Shown in pieces: positions 45,802 through 53,786 of a stretch of 64,000 nucleotides of DNA (positions are counted from its first letter, which is position 1; each line of letters starts with the position of its first letter). Source of the stretch: a virus. Taxonomy: Duplodnaviria; Caudoviricetes. The notes below the pieces were generated by a model that was not told the origin of the DNA, made no database searches, and saw nothing but the letters and a program-made list of their open reading frames with translations. The DNA lies in IMG/VR virus record IMGVR_UViG_3300048998_000149, positions 1 to 64,000 of that record. One strand, 5' to 3'. A program made the position numbers and the translations under genes.

Positions 45802-46167
45802 CTATTGGCTGCAGTGGTGCCGCTTCCCGTGCTTGTGGTGCTTGCCGTGCCGATGCTTGCCGTGGTGCTTGTGCACCCGGTGATGCCCGGCGGCCCGTGT
45901 CACGCGATGCGGCGTCTTCGCTGTCGTGGCGTGTTTGGCCACAGGCTTGGCGGCATGTGCAGCGGGCGCCGTGACGACCGGTGTGGCCTCAACAGGGGCG
46001 GGGTGCACTGCGGGTGGGGTCGGGGCGGATAGCTCGGCTGGCTGCTGCTGAGCGGCCGGCGCAGGCGTGTCGTCGAGGTTGATCGAGCTGCCCAACAGCA
46101 CGCCGAGCACGCCGGCGGCTGCGAGCAGCATCGGTAATCGACTTCGGGGCTTGCGGTGACGGTTCAC
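45802..46167 (-). CDS. exported Pro/Ala-rich protein with His/Lys-rich tail
   Basis: NRHRKP N-terminus; TM/signal; HKHHGKHRHGKHHKHGKRHHCSQ. Confidence 0.65.
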   Translation of the reverse strand: MNRHRKPRSRLPMLLAAAGVLGVLLGSSINLDDTPAPAAQQQPAELSAPTPPAVHPAPVEATPVVTAPAAHAAKPVAKHATTAKTPHRVTRAAGHHRVHKHHGKHRHGKHHKHGKRHHCSQ

Positions 46168-46168
46168 G

Positions 46169-46369
46169 TCAGGCGAAGCGAGCGAACGGAACGTCGACCA
46201 CGGGCTTGCCGTCTTCGTCCTCGATGCGCCCACAGGTGGCGCACTCGGCCCAGTCGCTATTCGGGGCGGCCAGCTTGCCGTCGCGGTAGATCGGCGAGAA
46301 CCAGCTGTGCGCGTGCCCGAACTTGCAGGTGTTCTGCGACTTCGGGTTGCTCTGGCACTTCGTGGCCAT
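46169..46369 (-). CDS. zinc-binding hypothetical protein
   Basis: AGGAG RBS; C...H.W...CATCG. Confidence 0.6.
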   Translation of the reverse strand: MATKCQSNPKSQNTCKFGHAHSWFSPIYRDGKLAAPNSDWAECATCGRIEDEDGKPVVDVPFARFA

Positions 46370-46454
46370 CGGGTTCTCCTGGCGTGGTGGTGGTGTGGCC
46401 GGGCGGTCGCCGAGTGGGCTCAGGCTGGCTGAGCCCCTCGGGTGTTACGTCCGG

Positions 46455-46679
46455 TCAGAACTGGGTGCGGTAGAACTTGCCGCCGCGGCTGACAGCGTCA
46501 GCGGCGTGCGTCCACGTCACGTCGATGCAGCGCCCATTCCGATCGACAACTCGCGCGTAGCCCCAAACCGGGCTGCTGATCTGGGCCGGCTGGCCGTCCA
46601 GGGTGACGCCCTTCGCACGGCACAGCTCGGAGCGCTTGTCGGCGGTGAGTACGTCGCTGGTGGTGGTCGTGGTGGTCAT
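46455..46679 (-). CDS. hypothetical early protein
   Basis: GGAGGCACCAC-ATG after a promoter. Confidence 0.7.
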   Translation of the reverse strand: MTTTTTTSDVLTADKRSELCRAKGVTLDGQPAQISSPVWGYARVVDRNGRCIDVTWTHAADAVSRGGKFYRTQF

Positions 46680-46726
46680 GTGGTGCCTCCTGTGAGATGG
46701 GGTGGGAGCTCAACCTGTCTGACGTA

Positions 46727-46755
46727 ATCATACACCGGATCTGCCGGATGTGCCA
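46727..46755 (-). promoter_or_regulatory. sigmaA-type promoter TGGCAC-N17-TATGAT
   Basis: 5-copy family; near-identical to 37258-37280. Confidence 0.7.
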
Positions 46756-46885
46756 TACCTAAGGTGGGGAAACGGGCCGCGCCGCCCTAAAGGGGTGGGG
46801 GGCGACGCGGCCCCGCTGGGGAGCTGGCCTAGTGGGAGAAAACAAAGCGGCGACCGCTTAACAAAGCGACGACCGTTCGGCGCAG

Positions 46886-47968
46886 CTAGCGCCAGGCGTT
46901 CAGGATCGGCGGCACCGACAGATCCAACGGCGGGTACGAGTCGCGGGTAGTGGACCGGCCACTACGGCGCAACGCCAACCGGCCCGACTGGATCAGGAAC
47001 GGCTCCACATCGGCCGACAGCTCCCTCGGGTTCATCCCCAATGCGGTAGCTAGCGGGTTGATGCCGATCGGACCGCCCTTGAACGTCGTCGCCAACGTTT
47101 GCAGCACACGCCGGTCACGTCCGTCTAGGCCGTACTGGTCGACGCCGGCGTACTCCATGCCCTGCAACGCGGTCTCAGCGTCCAGCACAGCGGCCGGATC
47201 GCCGGTCAGGTCATCGGAGTACACCTGCACCGCACCCAACAGTTCCAGGGCCTTACGGGGCGTCGAGCGGGATGCGCCCGCAATGACCAGGGCAGCATCG
47301 ACGTCGAGGTGGATGCCAGCCTCTTCGCAGTGCGACAGCAGCAGCATCGCCAAGTCGTCCACCGCATACGGCTCGATGTGCGCGTGGAACTTGAACCTGT
47401 TCCGCAGCGGGGCCAACACCGAACCCGGCTCGGTCGTCGCGGCGATCAGAGTGAACGGCGCCAGCTGCACAGTCTGCGGGCCATCCTCGCTGGGCATGAT
47501 GGCAAACCCGTCCTGCATCGCGTTGTACAGGCCTTCCTGGACGCTGTGGTGCACGCTGTGCACTTCATCCAGGAACAGCACATCGTTGGGCCGCAGCATC
47601 GACAGGGTTATGGCCAGCGACCGCGCATCGGGCAGCGCGTTCGGCATCACCTGGTGGAACGTCGATGCCACACCCTCAGCGACCAGCTCGCCGTGAACAG
47701 CCTGCGCAATGAGCGTCTTCCCGAACCCGGGCGCACCATCCAGAAACACATGGCCGGCGGCCTGCCCGCGCAGCTTCGCCGAACGGATCAGCGACCCGAG
47801 CCGCATCGTCAACTCGGGCTGGCCGATCACATCGGACAGCCGCTTAGACGGAGGCTCGGGCACTACCTCAGGTTCGGGTTCGTCGGACACCACACGCAAG
47901 GCCCGCGGCTTGGGGGCCACGATGCCGTGCTTCGCGGCGAGCCGCTCGAACGGGCTGGGGCTGGTCAT
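46886..47968 (-). CDS. ruvB: RuvB-like Holliday junction branch migration ATPase
   Basis: VIGQ, GAPGFGKT, LFLDEVH, FTLIAATT, PLRNRF, SRSTPR, GLD..DR..L...FKGGP.G, EPFLIQ. Confidence 0.88.
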   Translation of the reverse strand: MTSPSPFERLAAKHGIVAPKPRALRVVSDEPEPEVVPEPPSKRLSDVIGQPELTMRLGSLIRSAKLRGQAAGHVFLDGAPGFGKTLIAQAVHGELVAEGVASTFHQVMPNALPDARSLAITLSMLRPNDVLFLDEVHSVHHSVQEGLYNAMQDGFAIMPSEDGPQTVQLAPFTLIAATTEPGSVLAPLRNRFKFHAHIEPYAVDDLAMLLLSHCEEAGIHLDVDAALVIAGASRSTPRKALELLGAVQVYSDDLTGDPAAVLDAETALQGMEYAGVDQYGLDGRDRRVLQTLATTFKGGPIGINPLATALGMNPRELSADVEPFLIQSGRLALRRSGRSTTRDSYPPLDLSVPPILNAWR

Positions 47969-48048
47969 TGCTTGGCTCCTCGGGAGCTGGGTAGTGCAGG
48001 TCTGGCAACCAGGAACGGCCCTGTCGCATGCAGGGCCGAAGCTGGTGG

Positions 48049-48192
48049 TCAGAGCAGGTCGAACATGGCGGCTGTAGCTGCCCTGTGGGCAGCCTCAACC
48101 TGGGTGCGCACGTCGGTAGGGGTGTCGTCCGTGAGGGCGTCCAGTGCAGCCTGAGCGGCATCCAGCGCGGCGAACACATCGACGATGGCCAT
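48049..48192 (-). CDS. small helical protein (47 aa)
   Basis: GAGGAG RBS; followed by hairpin 48016-48038. Confidence 0.55.
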   Translation of the reverse strand: MAIVDVFAALDAAQAALDALTDDTPTDVRTQVEAAHRAATAAMFDLL

Positions 48193-48203
48193 GGCGTGTC
48201 TCC

Positions 48204-48377
48204 TCAGAGCTCGGGGTAGGCAGACGCGGCGAACACAGCGGCAACCTTCGCCGCCATGCGGGCAGCCTCACGGCCCTGACCCGACAGGGCAGCCACAAAC
48301 AGCGGGCCAATCGTCGGCTCGTCCACCACGGGGCGGTCGTGGTCCCAGTCGCTGTGCGGGTTGTATGGAGCGGACAT
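48204..48377 (-). CDS. small hypothetical protein (57 aa)
   Basis: GGAGGCACCAG-ATG. Confidence 0.6.
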   Translation of the reverse strand: MSAPYNPHSDWDHDRPVVDEPTIGPLFVAALSGQGREAARMAAKVAAVFAASAYPEL

Positions 48378-48458
48378 CTGGTGCCTCCGTGGGGTGGGGT
48401 CGGAGCAGGTCTGGCGACCAACGCGACGCCCTGGGGGTGCAGGGCGCCGCGCAAGCGG

Positions 48459-48662
48459 TCAGGCCTGGTACATGCGGTAGATGCCAATCGGGCGGATCGC
48501 GTGGGTGGTGACGGCGGTACGCAGCACCTGGGCGTTGCGACCCTTGACGCCGGCGGCGTAGGCGTCGGCGTGGGCTTCGGTGTCGAACAGGAACGGCACG
48601 GTGTGGGTGCGGTGGGCGTTGCCGCTCAGGTCTGCGGCGGTGATCGCGACGGTGGTGGTCAT
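48459..48662 (-). CDS. small hypothetical protein
   Basis: GGAGGCACCAC-ATG. Confidence 0.65.
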   Translation of the reverse strand: MTTTVAITAADLSGNAHRTHTVPFLFDTEAHADAYAAGVKGRNAQVLRTAVTTHAIRPIGIYRMYQA

Positions 48663-48751
48663 GTGGTGCCTCCGTGAAGCTGGGAGCCCGGGGTGGGGAG
48701 CTCTTGGTGTATGACCTGAGTCTACTCCCAATGCAGTGAGGTGGGGGGTTT

Positions 48752-48783
48752 GTGACCATCCTGTGACATCACAGGATGGTCAC
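48752..48783. repeat. 32-bp inverted repeat GTGACCATCCTGTGA-CA-TCACAGGATGGTCAC
   Basis: perfect 15-bp arms. Confidence 0.9.
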
Positions 48784-48949
48784 GGGTAGGGCACAAGGTG
48801 GTGACGGTGATCAAGTCACGGTCAGGTCACAACTCGGTAACCCCCCCCCTGTTGATCAACACCCGGGGCCCCAGGGCAAGGGTTTAATTTCGTCCGTATT
48901 TTTGCGGGATTTTTTGCGGAGACATTTCTTGATCATCTGAGGGGGTCTG

Positions 48950-50356
48950 ATGCCTGATCCGCAGGTGGTTGAGGCTCCTCTGGCGAAGCTGGAGCTTCTG
49001 GCGCGGTTGCAGGCGCAGCAGGCGGAGTTGCAGCGGCGGATCGCCAAGATGGCGCCACCGAGGCCCCGTGCGTGGCATGAGCAGGCTCGGACGGCGCAGT
49101 TGCCTCCGCCGGGTGATTGGGCGATCTGGTTGGTGTTGGCGGGCCGTGGGTTTGGGAAGACGAGGCTGGCGGCTGAGTGGATCGCCGAGCAGGCGGCTAC
49201 GCATCCGGATACGGAGTGGGCGATTGTGGCCCCGACGTGGAGGGATTGCCGCAAGACGTGCATTGAGGGGCCGTCGGGTTTGGTGCGGGCGTTGCTGCCT
49301 GGCGAGCTTGAGTCGATGAACGCGAGTGATTTGCAGATCCGGTTGAGCAACGGCTCCCGGATCTACGGGTACAGCGCGGATCGGCCTGACCGGCTGCGTG
49401 GCGCGAACTTGTCGGGCGCCTGGGTGGATGAGGCGGCGGCGATGGTGCACGCCGACGAGTTGTTCGGCGAGGCGTTGATGCCGGCGCTGCGGATCGGCGA
49501 AAACCCCAGGGTGTTGATCACGACGACGCCTCGGCCGGTGAAGTTGCTGCGCGACTTGTTGGCGCGCGACGACGGCACGGTGGCGGTCGTTCGGGGTTCG
49601 ACGTGGGACAACGCGAAGAACTTGTCGCGGACGGCGCTAGCGGAGTTGCGGGCCCGGTATGAGGGCACCCGACTGGGCCGCCAGGAGCTCGAGGGTGAGC
49701 TGCTGGAGGACATTGAGGGTGCGCTGTGGTCGCGGGAGATTCTCGACGGCACCAGGGTTGATCGGGCTCCGACGTTGGCGCGGATCGTGGTGGGTGTCGA
49801 CCCCGCTGTGACGTCCGGCGAGAAGTCCGACTACACGGGCATTGTGGTTGCCGGCCGGTCCCCCGATGGGCATCTGTACATCCTTGAGGACGCCACGATG
49901 AAGGGGACGCCGCACAACTGCATGTCGGCTGCTGTGTCGGCCTATCACCGTTGGCATGCCGACAGGATTGTCGGCGAGGTCAACAACGGTGGGGACTACA
50001 TCGGCACCGTGTTGAAGACGATCGACGCGAACGCCGCGTACAGCACGGTTCGCGCGACCCGAGGGAAAGTTGTTCGGGCCGAACCGATTTCGGCGCTGTG
50101 GGAGCAGGGTCGCGGTCATATTGTCGGCGCGCTGCCGACGCTGGAAGACCAGATGTGCTCCTTCACGCCGGACACGAAAGAGTCGCCGGACAACATGGAC
50201 GCCATGGTGTGGGCGGCCCACGAGTTGAATGTGGGCACGTCGGCGCTGGTGTACCTGTCGGCGATCTCCACGATGTGCGAGAAGTGCGAGATGCCCAACT
50301 CGAAGAAGTCGACGGCGTGTCGTGGTTGTGGCACTGCTCTGTCGTCGGCGGCTTAG
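48950..50356 (+). CDS. terminase large subunit
   Basis: AGRGFGKT, LRG, WVDEAA, ITTTP, GVDPA, D.TGI, SPDNMDA. Confidence 0.95.
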   Translation: MPDPQVVEAPLAKLELLARLQAQQAELQRRIAKMAPPRPRAWHEQARTAQLPPPGDWAIWLVLAGRGFGKTRLAAEWIAEQAATHPDTEWAIVAPTWRDCRKTCIEGPSGLVRALLPGELESMNASDLQIRLSNGSRIYGYSADRPDRLRGANLSGAWVDEAAAMVHADELFGEALMPALRIGENPRVLITTTPRPVKLLRDLLARDDGTVAVVRGSTWDNAKNLSRTALAELRARYEGTRLGRQELEGELLEDIEGALWSREILDGTRVDRAPTLARIVVGVDPAVTSGEKSDYTGIVVAGRSPDGHLYILEDATMKGTPHNCMSAAVSAYHRWHADRIVGEVNNGGDYIGTVLKTIDANAAYSTVRATRGKVVRAEPISALWEQGRGHIVGALPTLEDQMCSFTPDTKESPDNMDAMVWAAHELNVGTSALVYLSAISTMCEKCEMPNSKKSTACRGCGTALSSAA

Positions 50357-50826
50357 CGGCGGTTGGAGTACCAGGCTTGGCCGTGGGGCGGCTCGGGTGG
50401 CCTTTGGGTGGGACATGTGGTGGCGTGTGGTGTGCCGACGGGTAGACGGCAGCAGGTGTAGAAGTCGGGTACCCGGGTTTTCGCGGGCGCCATTCTGGAT
50501 CCGAGTAGGGCTAGGCCGCCGAGGATCGCAACGGTGACCCCGATGGTGATGAGCACCCCGACCATGTTCGGGGTCGCTGCCGCTACGGGCGCGGCCGGGA
50601 CGTGTACGGGTGGTGGCGCTGGGTGGCCTGTGATCGGGACGAACACGCCGTCGGGGCCTTGGGTCCAGCCAGGTGGGGCGGCGGCTTGAGGTGGGGTGCT
50701 GGTGCCGGCGATGCCGCCGATGGCGGCTACGGCTAGGAGCACGAGGAGACAGCCCGCGCCGCCACCGGATGAGTTTCGGGGCGTGCACGATCTGATGGTG
50801 CGTCGTGCCATCCAGAACAACATCAC
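50353..50826 (-). CDS. two-TM Pro-rich membrane protein
   Basis: GTGA coupled to 50823-51224. Confidence 0.55.
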   Translation of the reverse strand: MMLFWMARRTIRSCTPRNSSGGGAGCLLVLLAVAAIGGIAGTSTPPQAAAPPGWTQGPDGVFVPITGHPAPPPVHVPAAPVAAATPNMVGVLITIGVTVAILGGLALLGSRMAPAKTRVPDFYTCCRLPVGTPHATTCPTQRPPEPPHGQAWYSNRR

Positions 50827-51224
50827 GCGCCACCCACCTGCGACTTCTGTCGCCGTAGCCGTTGACCACAGATGCGGCTGCACGTTGTGGGTGTGTGCTT
50901 GTACTTGTTCTGCGAGAACTCGATGCCGCAGATCGGGCAGTTGACCCAGACGTTGTAGGCGCCTTGGGCTTCTCTGACCGCCCGGGAGCAGTTCCCGGAG
51001 CAGAACCGTGAGCGATCCGGGAACGGCGTCGCATATTCAGTCCCGCAGCGATCGCAGTTGCGGGTGACGAAGTCGCGGTCTTGGAATTCGCTCCAGTCGC
51101 GGCGGCCATGTTCGCGATGCCACGCGAGCCCTTCGGGGCTGCTGTGCCACGCCGCCGCGAGTGGCCGTATCCGCTCTAGGTGAGCGCGCCGGGCTTCGCT
51201 GTGGGCGCTCACGTCGCTTGTCAT
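50823..51224 (-). CDS. zinc-finger protein resembling the DNA-binding half of HNH homing endonucleases
   Basis: WH.S.EG..WH..HG; CxxC..F....FCS..C repeats; no HNH core. Confidence 0.65.
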   Translation of the reverse strand: MTSDVSAHSEARRAHLERIRPLAAAWHSSPEGLAWHREHGRRDWSEFQDRDFVTRNCDRCGTEYATPFPDRSRFCSGNCSRAVREAQGAYNVWVNCPICGIEFSQNKYKHTPTTCSRICGQRLRRQKSQVGGA

Positions 51225-51230
51225 AGCAGC

Positions 51231-51259
51231 AAGATAACACCCCCACGGTAATGCGTCAA
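51231..51259 (-). promoter_or_regulatory. promoter TTGACG-N17-TATCTT (extended -10), leaderless
   Basis: near-consensus, 6 nt before the ATG. Confidence 0.75.
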
Positions 51260-51309
51260 GGATGACCAGGCGTTTTGCCTAACTAAAACGAGGAAGAAGG
51301 GGTGAGTCC

Positions 51310-53232
51310 GTGTCGCGTCGTCGCCGCCGCCCCGCCCAGCAGGACAGGCCGCAGAGCAACGGGCCGGATGTTCGGCAGATTATCCAGGAGGAGCTGACCA
51401 AAGCCCTCGCGTTGCCCGCCGGCGCCACCGCCACAAACGTGACCGCCGGCTACCTTCAGCAGTTGCAGCAGGCCGGTAGCCCCCGCATCTCTGGGACGGC
51501 CGCGCTGAGCCGCGACCCGTACAACAACGTCTCCTTCGGGCCGGGCGTGCCGCTGTTCCCAGCGCCGATCGACCCGCTACTGCCCTCCGGTAGGCCAGCG
51601 CCGCGCCGCTCGGAATTCGACGTCTCATGGAACCTGCAAACCACCACCACCCGCAACGTGCCGTGGTCGGTGCTGCGGGACGCCGCCGACCAGGTGTCGG
51701 TGATGCGGTCCTGCATCGAAGTCAACAAGTCAGCGATCACCGGCCTGCAATGGTCGTTCGAGATTGACTCCGGACGGGCGCAGCACCTCGCTAAGCGCGC
51801 CGGAACCTCCAGCCATGCGGTCACGTCGGACTTGCAAGACAAATACGCCGACGACATGGACAGGCTGCACCAGTGGTGGCAGACGCCGGACCGCATCAAC
51901 AACTGGACGTTCTCTGAGTGGCTCGGCGCGCTCCTCGAGGACCAGCTCGTGTTGGATGCGGTCGCGCTGTACCCGCACATGCAGATGAACGGCGACCTGC
52001 ACTCGCTGGAGCTGCTGGACGCGACCACCATCAAGCCGCTGCTGGACCACCGTGGGGCCACCCCACAGCCGCCGTATGCCGCGTTCCAGCAGATCCTGTG
52101 GGGTTTCCCGCGCGGGGAGTACGCGCAGTCCCCTCCGGAGCAGGTCGACGCTTCCTTCGTCTCCGCGATCTACGGCCGCACCACAGGTATTGAGGCCGGC
52201 ACCGACGCGCTGATCTACAAAGTGCGGAACCGGCGCACCCGCAGCCCCTACGGGTTCTCCAACGTCGAACAGGCGTTGGTGGATGTTGACCTGTGGTTGA
52301 AGCGGTTCGACTGGTTGCGCTCCGAATACACCGCCGGTGTCACCCCAGAAATGATCGTCGGGGTTGACGCGAACATGACCCCCGAGCAGTTGAGAAGCTA
52401 CGAGGCCGTCTTCAACGACGACCTGTCCGGCAGGACAGCCGAGAGGCACCGCGCCCGCTTCCTGCCGGCCGGGTTCACCACCAGCTACCCGCAGTCGCAC
52501 GACGCGAAGTTCAACTCCGATTTCGACCTGCACCTGATCCGGCTGATCTGCGCGGCGTTCGATGTGCTGCCCACCAGCATCGGATTTAGCCCGAACCACG
52601 GCATGGGCGGCATGGGCGGCCAAGGCCACCAGCAGGGCGAACAGGACAGCCAGCTGCAACGCGGCACCAAACCCACCGCCACATGGATCACAGACCTGGT
52701 CAACAAGGTTTGCGTCCACTACCTGGGGATGCCGCCCGAGGTGACGTTCCGCTTCCACGGGCTCGACCAAGAGGACGAGCAGAAGGAAGCGACCCTCCTC
52801 GGCGGCTACGTCAACGGCGGCCTGAAAACCCTCAACGAAGGCCGGGACCAGCTCAGCCTGCCCCGCTACGACTTCGAAGAGGCCAACCAGCCGTTCCTGT
52901 CCACCCCCACCGGGCCTGCGTTTCTGAACGTTGAGGTGCAGCCCGTTGGGATGCCAGGGAACTTGCCGTCGGCGGCACAAAACCAGCCGCAAAGCCAGCC
53001 CGCCAAGGAACCGGCGTCCACGCCGGAACCGCAGGGCGAGCAGGCGCAGGACGCCAAGCGCACCGAGCAGAAAGCGTTCATGACGTTCCTGCGGAAACGC
53101 GCTGGCGGGGCGTGGCGGGACTTCACCTTCACCGCCCACCCGCAGTCGGTCGCGGAAGCCGCAAACCGGCTGGCCGCCGCCGGCGATGTGGACGCCGTCA
53201 AGGCGCTGTTCGCCATGAACGAGGGGGATTGA
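51310..53232 (+). CDS. portal protein
   Basis: follows TerL; LD..TI.P..D..G, YG.S.VE, IC..F...P..IG, T.NE.R. Confidence 0.9.
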   Translation: MSRRRRRPAQQDRPQSNGPDVRQIIQEELTKALALPAGATATNVTAGYLQQLQQAGSPRISGTAALSRDPYNNVSFGPGVPLFPAPIDPLLPSGRPAPRRSEFDVSWNLQTTTTRNVPWSVLRDAADQVSVMRSCIEVNKSAITGLQWSFEIDSGRAQHLAKRAGTSSHAVTSDLQDKYADDMDRLHQWWQTPDRINNWTFSEWLGALLEDQLVLDAVALYPHMQMNGDLHSLELLDATTIKPLLDHRGATPQPPYAAFQQILWGFPRGEYAQSPPEQVDASFVSAIYGRTTGIEAGTDALIYKVRNRRTRSPYGFSNVEQALVDVDLWLKRFDWLRSEYTAGVTPEMIVGVDANMTPEQLRSYEAVFNDDLSGRTAERHRARFLPAGFTTSYPQSHDAKFNSDFDLHLIRLICAAFDVLPTSIGFSPNHGMGGMGGQGHQQGEQDSQLQRGTKPTATWITDLVNKVCVHYLGMPPEVTFRFHGLDQEDEQKEATLLGGYVNGGLKTLNEGRDQLSLPRYDFEEANQPFLSTPTGPAFLNVEVQPVGMPGNLPSAAQNQPQSQPAKEPASTPEPQGEQAQDAKRTEQKAFMTFLRKRAGGAWRDFTFTAHPQSVAEAANRLAAAGDVDAVKALFAMNEGD

Positions 53233-53672
53233 TGCTGGGCAGACGTAAGGCGGCCAAGTCGGTCGCTGCGCATGACCAGCAGATCACCCACCACTACGTG
53301 ATCGCGTACCCCGAACACGCACCTCGGGAGGGCGACCCGCACTACCGGGATTTCGAGGCGTACCGCCGCCGCACCGCTGGGCTCGCTCAGTGCCAGTTCG
53401 CGCTGGACACCGGGGACAAGTCCGAGTGCAAGGGCGGCTTCGAGCTCCACCACGCCCACATCGAGTTTTCGATGCAGAACGGCGTCGACCTGAAGCGGCT
53501 CGAGCGCGCCTACCCGGGCGTGTCCGACCCGGACGAGGTCGGCGCGTGGGTCGAGTCAGCAGACAACCTGATCTATCTGTGCGCTTGGCATCACCGCGGT
53601 CACGGCGGCGTCCATTCCGCCGCTGCGGCTGACTACGAGGCGTCGAAATTCGTCAAAAAGCTGATCACGTAG
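53232..53672 (+). CDS. HNH-like protein
   Basis: ELHH...NL..LC..HHRG..GVH. Confidence 0.65.
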   Translation: MLGRRKAAKSVAAHDQQITHHYVIAYPEHAPREGDPHYRDFEAYRRRTAGLAQCQFALDTGDKSECKGGFELHHAHIEFSMQNGVDLKRLERAYPGVSDPDEVGAWVESADNLIYLCAWHHRGHGGVHSAAAADYEASKFVKKLIT

Positions 53673-53786
53673 CCCTCGCTGAGCAGTGACCAACGCCGAA
53701 CACCAGGCCGTTTTCGCAGGTCAACGCACCCATGCGGCCGTCCTAGTGGGACAAAGCCCACGCGTACTTAAGGAGCACGGACCCAC

